Below are positions 25,647-34,038 of a stretch of DNA of 64,000 nt, one piece after another (the first letter of the stretch is position 1; each line of letters begins with the position of its first letter). A program made the translations under genes and the position numbers. This DNA comes from an uncultured Alphaproteobacteria bacterium (GTDB taxonomy: Bacteria > Vulcanimicrobiota > Vulcanimicrobiia > Vulcanimicrobiales > Vulcanimicrobiaceae), in the NCBI GenBank assembly GCA_963787965.1, contig CAWBES010000013.1:2338-66337 (forward strand). The letters run 5' to 3'. Under the pieces are notes generated by a model that ran no database searches, was not told where the DNA came from, and was given only the letters and a program-made list of their open reading frames with translations.

Positions 25647-26619
25647 CGCCTTGGCGGAACCGCACGCGCGCGAACTCTTCGCACGGATGCGCGACAAGCG
25701 CGTCCTGGTGGTCGGCGACGTCATGGTCGACGAGTGGGTGTGGGGCAGCGTGTCGCGGATTTCGCCCGAAGCGCCGGTTCCGGTCGTGCGGGTTACCGAC
25801 CATTCGTTCACGCTCGGCGGCGCGGGCAACGTGGCCAGCAACCTGCGCGCGATCGGCGCGCGCGTCGCGTTCGCGGCCACGGTCGGCGACGACGCCGAGG
25901 GCCGCCGCGTACGGGCGCTGCTCGACGCGATCGACGTGGACGCGAGCGCGCTGGTCACGCTCGGCGACCGACCGACGACGCGCAAGACGCGCATCGTGGC
26001 GCACAACCAGCAGGTCGTGCGGGCCGATTGGGAGTCCGCGGCCGTGCTCGACGCCGCCGACCGGGCGCGGCTCTGCGCGCTCGTGCGCGAACGCGCGGCC
26101 GATTACGACGCCGTCGTCCTCTCCGATTATGCGAAGGGACTGTTCTCGCGCGAGTTGGTCGAAGCGGCGTCGGCCGCGCGGGTCGTCACCGCCGATCCGA
26201 AGCCGGCCAACATCGGTCTCTTCCGAGGCGTGACCTGCGTCGCACCCAACGCGGCCGAGACCGCCGAGGCCACCGGCATCGCGATCAAGGATGAAGCCTC
26301 GCTCGAACGCGCGGGCAGCTCGCTGCTGGAACGGCTCGGGTGCCGCTACGTCGTGGTCACGCTCGGCGAGCGCGGCATGGCGCTCTTCGGCGCCGACGGC
26401 GAACGGATGATCATTCCCTCGGTGGCGCGCACGGTGTTCGACGTCAGCGGCGCGGGCGACACGGTCATCGCGGTCCTGACGCTGGCGCTCGCCGCGAGCG
26501 CCCCGATCAAGCTCGCCGTCGAGCTGGCGAATTTTGCGGCGGGAGCGGTCGTCGGCAAGCTGGGCACCGCCACGGCGTCGCCGGACGAGATTCTCAGCCT
26601 CGTAGGCGCCGATGCTTGA
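25639..26619 (+). CDS. hldA: D-glycero-beta-D-manno-heptose-7-phosphate kinase (RfaE domain I type)
   Basis: VLVVGDVMVDEWVWG...RISPEAPVPVV...LGGAGNVA and the C-terminal DVSGAGDTV are present (PfkB kinase). Confidence 0.85.
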   Translation: MRNALAEPHARELFARMRDKRVLVVGDVMVDEWVWGSVSRISPEAPVPVVRVTDHSFTLGGAGNVASNLRAIGARVAFAATVGDDAEGRRVRALLDAIDVDASALVTLGDRPTTRKTRIVAHNQQVVRADWESAAVLDAADRARLCALVRERAADYDAVVLSDYAKGLFSRELVEAASAARVVTADPKPANIGLFRGVTCVAPNAAETAEATGIAIKDEASLERAGSSLLERLGCRYVVVTLGERGMALFGADGERMIIPSVARTVFDVSGAGDTVIAVLTLALAASAPIKLAVELANFAAGAVVGKLGTATASPDEILSLVGADA

Positions 26620-27103
26620 GTTCGCGGCGCCCGTGCTCGAAACCGAAGCGGCCGTGCGCTGGCGTGAAGATCTGCGCGCGCGCGGCCGGCGCGTCGTGTT
26701 CACGAACGGCGTTTTCGACATCCTGCACGCGGGCCACGTCGCGTATCTCGCGTGGGCGCGCGCGCAGGGCGCCGCGCTGCTGGTCGGCATGAATTCCGAT
26801 GCGTCGGTGCGCGCGCTCAAGGGCCCCGAACGGCCGCTGGTGCCGTTCGCCGACCGCGCGGCCGTGGTCGCCGGCTTGCGGAGCGTCGATGCGGTCGTCG
26901 GGTTCGCGGAGCGCACTCCCGAGGAGCTGCTGGACCGGATCCGCCCCGACGTGCACGTAAAGAGCGCGCAGTACCGCATCGAAGATCTGCCCGAGCGCGT
27001 CGTCGTGCTGGCGCACGGCGGCGAAATACGGCTCGCGCCGCACGCCGCGGGCAAGAGCACGACGGATATCGTCGCCGAGATCCGGCGCCGGTACGGTCCG
27101 TAG
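26612..27103 (+). CDS. hldC: D-glycero-beta-D-manno-heptose-1-phosphate adenylyltransferase (RfaE domain II type)
   Basis: The cytidylyltransferase motif is VVFTNGVFDILHAGHVAYL, followed by NSDASVR.LKGP.RP. Confidence 0.85.
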   Translation: MLEFAAPVLETEAAVRWREDLRARGRRVVFTNGVFDILHAGHVAYLAWARAQGAALLVGMNSDASVRALKGPERPLVPFADRAAVVAGLRSVDAVVGFAERTPEELLDRIRPDVHVKSAQYRIEDLPERVVVLAHGGEIRLAPHAAGKSTTDIVAEIRRRYGP

Positions 27104-27164
27104 CGAGCTTTCGGCCATACGCATCGCGATTACCAGTAACGGGCCGGGCGAATTCTCCGGCTGG

Positions 27165-28349
27165 GTGCGCCCGCTCGTGGCGGCCCTCTTGCGGCTGGCC
27201 CCGGACGCCGACCTGACGCTCTTTTTCGTGCCCGACGATTACGCGACGGGACGCGAGCCCGACGTCGCACAACGGCTGTTTCCGAGCGTGCGCGTCGTCT
27301 CGGCCAAGGAGTACGTGCGCTTCGCGCTCGGCCGCGGCGGGGCGGGAGCGCCGCGCGGCGCGGACGTCGTGCAGTATCTGGGCGGCGACTTGCTGCACGC
27401 GGCGCGCGTTCGCGCCCGTCTCGGCGGCACGGCGCGGTCGTACAAGTTCGCGGGCAAGCGCGAGGCGCGTACGTTCGAGCTCGCGTACGCGATCGACGCC
27501 CGCAACGCGGACGCGATCGCGAAGGCCGGCTATCCGCGCGAGCGGATCGAGACGGTGGGGAATCTGGCGATCGACGGCGCGCTCGCCGAAGCGGCCGGCG
27601 CGTTCGCCCCGACCGAGCAGCTAACCGAGATCGCTTCGGACGGCGTGCTGTTCATGCCCGGCACGCGGCGCAACGAAATCGCCAATATGGTGCCCTTTTT
27701 CCTGCAGACCGCGCTGCACGTGCGCGCGCTGCGGCCGGACGTGCCCGTCGCCTTCGCGCTCTCGCCGTTCACGACGCGCGACGAACTCGAGCGCGCGCTG
27801 GCGACCGGCGGACACCGCAACGTCTGGGGTGCGCGCGGTCATCTCGTCGCGTCGCACGGGGGCATCGGCTTGCAGGCGGAGGCGGGCGGCGAACCGTTCC
27901 AGGTCGTGCGCGACGCGATGCGCTACGCGCCCCGGGCGCGGCTGGTCGTCACCTTGCCGGGTACGAAGTGCATCGAACTGGCGGCGCTCGGCGTACCCGC
28001 GATCGTGTGCGTGCCCACCAACGCTCCGGAGGCGGTCGTGATCAACGGTCCGCTGCAATACATCGATCGCATTCCGGTCGCCGGCGCGTTCGTCAAACGC
28101 GCCGCCGTGCTCGCGGTCGACCGGCGCTTCACGTTAACCGCGCAACCGAACATCGACACGGGCGAGGCGCTGATGCCCGAGTTGCGCGGCACCCTGATGC
28201 CGGGCGAAGTCGCCCGCCGGGTGACTGCGTACGCGGACGACGCACCGGCGCTGGCGGCCGCAGCGCAGCGCCTGCGCACCCTGTACGCCGCGCACGCCGG
28301 TGCGGCGGAACGCATGGCGCGTTCGCTGCTCGAAGCCCACGCGCCGTGA
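27165..28349 (+). CDS. Lipid-A-disaccharide-synthase-related glycosyltransferase (LpxB-like); true start probably upstream
   Basis: The C-terminal TLPGTKCIELAALGVPAIVCVP is LpxB-like. The conserved N-terminal-type motif RIAITSNGPGEFSGW is encoded in frame at 27120-27164, upstream of the first GTG. Confidence 0.55.
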   Translation: MRPLVAALLRLAPDADLTLFFVPDDYATGREPDVAQRLFPSVRVVSAKEYVRFALGRGGAGAPRGADVVQYLGGDLLHAARVRARLGGTARSYKFAGKREARTFELAYAIDARNADAIAKAGYPRERIETVGNLAIDGALAEAAGAFAPTEQLTEIASDGVLFMPGTRRNEIANMVPFFLQTALHVRALRPDVPVAFALSPFTTRDELERALATGGHRNVWGARGHLVASHGGIGLQAEAGGEPFQVVRDAMRYAPRARLVVTLPGTKCIELAALGVPAIVCVPTNAPEAVVINGPLQYIDRIPVAGAFVKRAAVLAVDRRFTLTAQPNIDTGEALMPELRGTLMPGEVARRVTAYADDAPALAAAAQRLRTLYAAHAGAAERMARSLLEAHAP

Positions 28350-29233
28350 GGTTCTCGGTCGTCATCGCCACCAGAGACCGTGCTCGCTTCCTCGAGCGCA
28401 CGCTGGCATCGCTCGCTCGGCAAACCGGCGCTCCCGAATTCGAGGTCGTCGTCGCCGACAACGGCTCGAGCGACGATACGGCGGCCGTCGTCGCACGAGT
28501 CCGGGAGGGCGGCGCCGTCGCGGTCGAGCGGGTGTTCGTACCGCGTCCCAACCGCGGCGCGGCGCGAAACGCGGGCGTCGCCGCCGCGCGCGGAACCGTC
28601 GTGGCGTTCGTCGACGACGACGTGTGGCTGCCGCCCGGCTTCCTCGCCGCCCACGCCGAAGCGCACGCGCGCGAACCGTTCCCGCACGTCGTATCGGGAC
28701 CGATCGTCAACGTGCCGTCGTACGAGGCCAAGCCGAAACCGACCGTCTTGAACTACTCGGGCGCGTTCTTCTGCACGTGCAACGCGTCGGTGCCGCGCTC
28801 GTCGCTGCTCGCGGTCGGCGGCTTCGACGAGGCCTTCGACTTGTACGGCTGGGAGGACACGGAACTCGGGTTGCGCCTGCGGCGCTTCGACGTTCGCCAT
28901 ACCTTCGCGTGGCGCGCGTATCTCTGGCACGTCAAGCCGCCGCGCACCGAGACGCTGGACGTGGTGCTGAACAAGACCGTCGAGCGCGCCACGATGGCGG
29001 CCCGCCTGCTGCGTAAGGACTCGAGCCTGCGGACCAAGCTCGCAACCGGCGCCTACGGTCCGAACCTCGTGCGCTCGGCGCTGCTCGCCCCGCGCTGGTC
29101 GCTGCCCGCCTATCGAACCATGGCGACCGATCCGCGCGTGCCCGGCGCCGTGCGCGCCCTGGCGCGCGCCCAACTGCTCGACGGCTCCTATCGGGCGGCG
29201 CTGCTGCGCGCGCTCGGAGAGGGCTCGGGTTGA
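28346..29233 (+). CDS. GT2 family glycosyltransferase (paralog A)
   Basis: There is a GTGA overlap. FSVVIATRDRARFLERTLASLARQ, VVADNGSSDDT, FVDDD and GWEDTELGLRL are present. Confidence 0.8.
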   Translation: MRFSVVIATRDRARFLERTLASLARQTGAPEFEVVVADNGSSDDTAAVVARVREGGAVAVERVFVPRPNRGAARNAGVAAARGTVVAFVDDDVWLPPGFLAAHAEAHAREPFPHVVSGPIVNVPSYEAKPKPTVLNYSGAFFCTCNASVPRSSLLAVGGFDEAFDLYGWEDTELGLRLRRFDVRHTFAWRAYLWHVKPPRTETLDVVLNKTVERATMAARLLRKDSSLRTKLATGAYGPNLVRSALLAPRWSLPAYRTMATDPRVPGAVRALARAQLLDGSYRAALLRALGEGSG

Positions 29234-30204
29234 ACGTCCTGCTCGTGCGCGCCGACGGCCTCGGCGACGCGCTCGTCTGCGCGCCGCTCGTGGCGGCCCT
29301 GCGCGCCGCCGGGCACGCCGTCGGCGCCGTGCTCGGCACCGCCAACCGCGAGGCCTTCGCGCCCGGCGTCCTCTCGCGCGTACACGTCCTCGAGCGCATC
29401 CCGTGGCCGCGCCACGGTTCCACGCCGCAGAGCCGCCGGGTCGCGCTCGCGAGCGCGCGCGCCGCGGGGTACGACATCGCCTTGATCGCATCGGAGGAGC
29501 TCGAAGCGTACGAATTCGCGCGCGCGGCGGGCATCCCCGAACGGGTCGGGTTCATCAACGGCTGGGAAAAGCCGCTGAAGTCGCTGCGCGTCGCGCCCTT
29601 GCTCACGCGCGCGCTCGTGCGCCCGGCATCGGCGGCGCGCGAGCGCTACCACGAGGTCGTCACCCTCTTCGGGCTGGGCAAAGGGCTGTACCGCGAAGCG
29701 GTGCCGACGCTCGACCTCGCGCGCTTGCGCCCGCTGGTGCTCGAAGAACCCGCCGTCCCGCACGGCCGCGTCGCGCTGCAGGCGTCGCGCAAGCTCGCGG
29801 GCGCCGGTCTGACCGCCGCCGCGCTGGCCGCTGCGGCTCGCGAACTGGCGGCGTGCGGCTGGCGCCCGCTCGTGTTGGGCGACGATGCGGAATTTGCCAC
29901 GGAAGTCGCCGCGGCGAGCGGCTCCGAGGTTGCGGCCGGGCTCGGCGTGCGGGCTTGGAAAGCACTGATCGCCGGCGCGCGGGCCCTCGTGACGCCCGAC
30001 TCGGGCGCCGCGCACGTCGCCGGGATGCTGGGAATCCCATGCGTCGACTGTTTCGCGCCGGGCGACGAACGGGCGATGGCGCGCTGGTCGCCGTGGGCCG
30101 CGCCATTTCGCACGCTTCCGCTCGACCCCGTGCGAACGCCCGCCCAGACCGGCGTGCGGATCGCGCTCGAAGTCGCGTCGCTTGCGAGCGAGCCGGCGGC
30201 GTGA
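29230..30204 (+). CDS. GT9 family glycosyltransferase (heptosyltransferase-like) 1
   Basis: There is a TTGA overlap. VLLVRADGLGDALVCAPLVAALR and the C-terminal VTPDSGAAHVAGMLGIPCV are present. Confidence 0.8.
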   Translation: MNVLLVRADGLGDALVCAPLVAALRAAGHAVGAVLGTANREAFAPGVLSRVHVLERIPWPRHGSTPQSRRVALASARAAGYDIALIASEELEAYEFARAAGIPERVGFINGWEKPLKSLRVAPLLTRALVRPASAARERYHEVVTLFGLGKGLYREAVPTLDLARLRPLVLEEPAVPHGRVALQASRKLAGAGLTAAALAAAARELAACGWRPLVLGDDAEFATEVAAASGSEVAAGLGVRAWKALIAGARALVTPDSGAAHVAGMLGIPCVDCFAPGDERAMARWSPWAAPFRTLPLDPVRTPAQTGVRIALEVASLASEPAA

Positions 30205-31208
30205 GCGCCATCGTGATCTGCACGGGCGGCGGCATCGGCGACGTCCTGCTCGCGACTCCGGTCATGCGCGCCCTGCGCGAGCGGTTCGGCGAGATCACGG
30301 CGTTGACCACGGTGGCGCACCGGGACGTCCTGCTGCACGATCCGGACCTCGCCGAGGTGTGGACGGACGAGGCGCCGTTCGTGGAAGCGAGCGCGCGCAT
30401 CGCCGCGCAGGGCTTCGATGCGGCGGTCGTCACCTGGGCGTCGCTGCGCTCGGCGGCGTTGCCGTACGTCGCGCGCATTCCGCTACGGGCCGGTCAAGCG
30501 CGGCGCATCTATTCGCGTCTGTTCACGCATCAGGTCAAGGTCAGGAGCGAATTCGGGGACCGCACGACCCACTGGACGCAGATCTTGCTCGATTTCGCGC
30601 GGGCTCTCGGTTGCGACGTTGCGGACGCGACCCCGGTCTTCACCGTTCCGGATGCGGCGCGCGAATCGGTGGCGGAAAAGCTGCGCGCGGCCGGCGTCGC
30701 GGGCCCGTACCTGGTCCTGCACCCGACGCGCGGCATCGCGGCGGCGCGCGACCGCTGGCCGGTCGGACGCCTGTCCGAACTCGCCGGGGCGCTCGCGGCG
30801 CAGTTCGGCGCGACGGTGGTCGTGACGGGTTCCGAGGCGGACCGGGCGATCGCCGATCGGATCGCCGCCGCCGGAGCCGCGGTATCGGTTGCGGGACGCA
30901 CGTCGCTGGCCGAATTCGGCGCCTTGGCGGAGGGTGCGCTCGGGGTCGTGGCGATGGATTCGGGTCCGATGCACCTGGCCGCCGCCGTCGGGGCGCCAAC
31001 GGTCGGGATCTTCGCGCTGCAGTCGGACGAGCCCGACCGCTGGGCGCCGCTGGGACCCCGGGTGGAGGTCGTGCGGGCGACCTACCCGTGTCCGCCGCAG
31101 CACCGCAAAGAAACGTGCCCGGATTTCGCCTGCATCGAGGCGCTCGATATCCCGCGCGTGCTGGCGGCGTTGAGCGGGCTGCTCGGACGAAGGGCCGAAT
31201 CGAGCTGA
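30201..31208 (+). CDS. GT9 family glycosyltransferase (heptosyltransferase-like) 2
   Basis: There is a GTGA overlap. IVICTGGGIGDVLLATPVMRALRE and VAMDSGPMHLAAAVGAPTVGIF are present. Confidence 0.8.
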   Translation: MSAIVICTGGGIGDVLLATPVMRALRERFGEITALTTVAHRDVLLHDPDLAEVWTDEAPFVEASARIAAQGFDAAVVTWASLRSAALPYVARIPLRAGQARRIYSRLFTHQVKVRSEFGDRTTHWTQILLDFARALGCDVADATPVFTVPDAARESVAEKLRAAGVAGPYLVLHPTRGIAAARDRWPVGRLSELAGALAAQFGATVVVTGSEADRAIADRIAAAGAAVSVAGRTSLAEFGALAEGALGVVAMDSGPMHLAAAVGAPTVGIFALQSDEPDRWAPLGPRVEVVRATYPCPPQHRKETCPDFACIEALDIPRVLAALSGLLGRRAESS

Positions 31209-31210
31209 CT

Positions 31211-32125
31211 GTGCTTGCGACGATCCAACTGTGCACCTATAACCGCGCGCACCTGCTCGGCAGAGTGCTCGATGCCTGCTTCGAGCAGACGGTGCCCTCG
31301 GATAGCTACGAGGTCGTCCTGGTCGACGACGGCTCGCGCGACGGTACCGCGCCCGTGATCGAGGCGGCGCGCGGCCGCGCGAACTGCGCGTTCACGGTCG
31401 TTTCCCAAGCCAACGCGGGGCTCGCGCGCGCCCGCAACGCCGGCATCGCCCGGGCGCGCGGGGAGCGGATCATCTTCATCGACGACGACGTGCTGCCGGT
31501 GCCCGCGTTCGTGGCCGAACACCTGCGCTCGCACCGCGCCCATCCCGCGGCGATCGTACGCGGGGCCGTGATCAACACGGAGAGCTTCGAGCGGTTGCCG
31601 GCCCCGAATTGGACGCTCGCGAACTACTCGGCGAACTACTTCTGGACCACGAACGTCTCGCTGCCGCTCGCGACCCTGCACGCCGTAGGCCCGTTCACCG
31701 AAGCCTTCCGCGAGTACGGTTGGGAAGATATCGAGCTCGGCCTGCGGCTGCGCTCGGCGGGCGTCAAAGGGGTCTTCAACCGCTACGCGCTGGCCTTCCA
31801 CTACAAGCCCCGGCCGGCGGCCCTCGGCGTCGACGGGATGCTCCGGCAAGCGCGCGCTCAGGCCCGGACGGCCGTGCAACTGCGCGCGCTGCACCCGACG
31901 TGGCGCGTCGTCCTCGCCACCGGCGACGATCCGCTGCAACGGACTTTCCATCGCGGCTTGCGCGCGCTCGGCGCGCTGCGGCTGCTCGAACGCGCGGTCG
32001 GCGACCGTCGCACCGACCGTCCGCTCGGCGCGCGCGAACTCGCCGCCGCGCGGGCGCTGGCGCGCGAGACGTATTTCGCCGAACTGGACGAAGCGCGCCG
32101 CGCGGGTGCGCGCGCGCTCGCGTGA
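31211..32125 (+). CDS. GT2 family glycosyltransferase (paralog B)
   Basis: GTG 31211 lies 2 nt after the previous stop. IQLCTYNRAHLLGRVLDACFEQ, VLVDDGSRDGT, FIDDD and GWEDIELGLRL are present. Confidence 0.8.
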   Translation: MLATIQLCTYNRAHLLGRVLDACFEQTVPSDSYEVVLVDDGSRDGTAPVIEAARGRANCAFTVVSQANAGLARARNAGIARARGERIIFIDDDVLPVPAFVAEHLRSHRAHPAAIVRGAVINTESFERLPAPNWTLANYSANYFWTTNVSLPLATLHAVGPFTEAFREYGWEDIELGLRLRSAGVKGVFNRYALAFHYKPRPAALGVDGMLRQARAQARTAVQLRALHPTWRVVLATGDDPLQRTFHRGLRALGALRLLERAVGDRRTDRPLGARELAAARALARETYFAELDEARRAGARALA

Positions 32126-33132
32126 ACGTGCTGCTCACGCGACTCGATCGCGTCGGCGACCTGATCCTTTCGACGCCGGCGATCGCGTCGGTGCGGCGTT
32201 CCTGGCCCGACGCCCGCATCACGCTCGCCTGCAGCTCGTACAATGCGGTCGTGGTCGAACGCAACCCGGACATCGACGGCGTGCTCGTCGTGCCGCCGGG
32301 GCGCTCGCCGGCCGCCTTCGGGAGGCGCTTCCGCCGTGCGTGCGACCTGGCGATCGCGCTGGCGCCGTGCGTGCCGGATTTTCGGCTGGTCGGCGCCTCC
32401 CGAGCGCCGGTCCGCGTCGGTTACACGTACGTCCGCCGCTATCTGGTGCGCTTGACCGCGGCGCGGTATCTGACGCGCCTGGCGATTTCGGAGGCGGACC
32501 CGGGCCTCTCCGAGCGGGACCCGGGCCGCGTCGTTCGCCACGAAGTCGACCAGGTGCTCGATCTCGTGCGCCTGGCCGGTGGGACGCAGATCGTTTCAGA
32601 CCTTCTGATCCCGATCGAGGAGATCGACCGGAGGGCCGTCGCGCACGTGCCGGCGGGCGGCATCGCCTTTCACCTCGGCGCGCGCTGGTTCCGCGACGGC
32701 GGCTCGCTTGCCAATACGCTCGAGCTGCTGCGGCAGCTGCGGCGCTACGGCTTGCCGCTCGTCGTGACCTACGGTGTCGACGCGCTCGAGCAGGCTACCG
32801 CCGTGCGGGCCGCGGCCGTCGCCGAGGCGGTCGTGGGCAGCCTGTCGTTCTACCAGTGGGCCGCGGTGTTCGAGAAGAGCCGCTTGGTCGTCACCGTCGA
32901 CACCGGAGCGACCCACGTTGCGAGCGCGACGCGCAGGCCCACCGTCGTCGTCTTCGAACACCGGTACTTCAACTTGAGTTCGCAAGAGTGGGCGCCGTAC
33001 CGGGTGCCGTCGGTGTGCCTGCGCAAACCGGCGAGCGACGATGCGATCGAGTTGGCCTCGCTGCGTGCCGCGGTGCTCGCCGCGGTCGGCGAACTCCTGG
33101 ACGCGAAGGGGACCCTCGCCAAACAAGCATGA
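32122..33132 (+). CDS. GT9 family glycosyltransferase (heptosyltransferase-like) 3
   Basis: There is a GTGA overlap. VLLTRLDRVGDLILSTPAIASVR and VTVDTGATHVASATRRPTVVVF are present. Confidence 0.75.
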   Translation: MNVLLTRLDRVGDLILSTPAIASVRRSWPDARITLACSSYNAVVVERNPDIDGVLVVPPGRSPAAFGRRFRRACDLAIALAPCVPDFRLVGASRAPVRVGYTYVRRYLVRLTAARYLTRLAISEADPGLSERDPGRVVRHEVDQVLDLVRLAGGTQIVSDLLIPIEEIDRRAVAHVPAGGIAFHLGARWFRDGGSLANTLELLRQLRRYGLPLVVTYGVDALEQATAVRAAAVAEAVVGSLSFYQWAAVFEKSRLVVTVDTGATHVASATRRPTVVVFEHRYFNLSSQEWAPYRVPSVCLRKPASDDAIELASLRAAVLAAVGELLDAKGTLAKQA

Positions 33133-34037
33133 TCCATCCAGAGATTTCCGTCGTTATCCCGACGTACAACCGGCTCGACACGTTGCGCCACGTCATCCCG
33201 TCGCTGTTGCGTCAGGATCTGCGGGCCGAACGCTACGAGATCGTCGTCGCGGACTCGAACTCGAGCGACGGCACGGCCGAGTACCTGGCCGGGGTGACGG
33301 CGGAGTATCCGCGCGTGCGGCACGTGCCCGGTCCGTACACGGGCCGCGCGATGGCCCGCAACGCCGGCATCGAGGCGGCGCGCGGCGAGATCGTCATGTT
33401 CACCGACGCCGACATCATCGCGTCGAGCGATCTGCTCTCGCAACACGTGCGCCGTCACCGGGAACGCTCCGCCATCGCGGTCGTGGGCATGGAGCTGCAA
33501 GTCGCGTCGCTGGAAGAGTACGAGCGGCTGGCGAGCCGGCCGAGCGAGCGCCGCCCGCTGCACCCGAACTCGCGCAAGAAGCTCTCGTGGCTCTACTTCC
33601 TGACCGGCAACGCCTCGGTGCGCCGCACCGATCTCGACCGCGTGGGACGTTTCGACGAGAACTTCACCGGCTACGGCCACGAGGATCTCGAACTCGGGTA
33701 CCGGCTGCAGCAGGCCGGGCTGACGATCGTCTACGAGCCCCTCGCCGTCGACTTTCACTGGCATCCGGTGCCCTACGCGGAACAGAAGGAGAAGATGGCC
33801 CTGGCCGGCCGCTCGACGGTTCGCTTCTATCGCAAACATCCGTCCTTCGTCGTGCAGGCCCGGCTCGGCATGACGCCGCTCTCGCGGGTCGTGCACGCCG
33901 CGGTCAAACGCCGGCCCAAGCTGCTGGCGTCGCTCGAGCGGGCCGGCGCGGCCAAGCCCGGACTCGCGCGCAACATCGTCTATCAGTACCACTATCTCAG
34001 CGGCGTCGAAGACGCCTTGGAACGCGAGCGTACGTAA
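33129..34037 (+). CDS. GT2 family glycosyltransferase (paralog C)
   Basis: There is an ATGA overlap. ISVVIPTYNRLDTLRHVIPSLLRQ, VVADSNSSDGT, FTDAD and GHEDLELGYRL are present. Confidence 0.8.
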   Translation: MIHPEISVVIPTYNRLDTLRHVIPSLLRQDLRAERYEIVVADSNSSDGTAEYLAGVTAEYPRVRHVPGPYTGRAMARNAGIEAARGEIVMFTDADIIASSDLLSQHVRRHRERSAIAVVGMELQVASLEEYERLASRPSERRPLHPNSRKKLSWLYFLTGNASVRRTDLDRVGRFDENFTGYGHEDLELGYRLQQAGLTIVYEPLAVDFHWHPVPYAEQKEKMALAGRSTVRFYRKHPSFVVQARLGMTPLSRVVHAAVKRRPKLLASLERAGAAKPGLARNIVYQYHYLSGVEDALERERT

Positions 34038-34038
34038 A

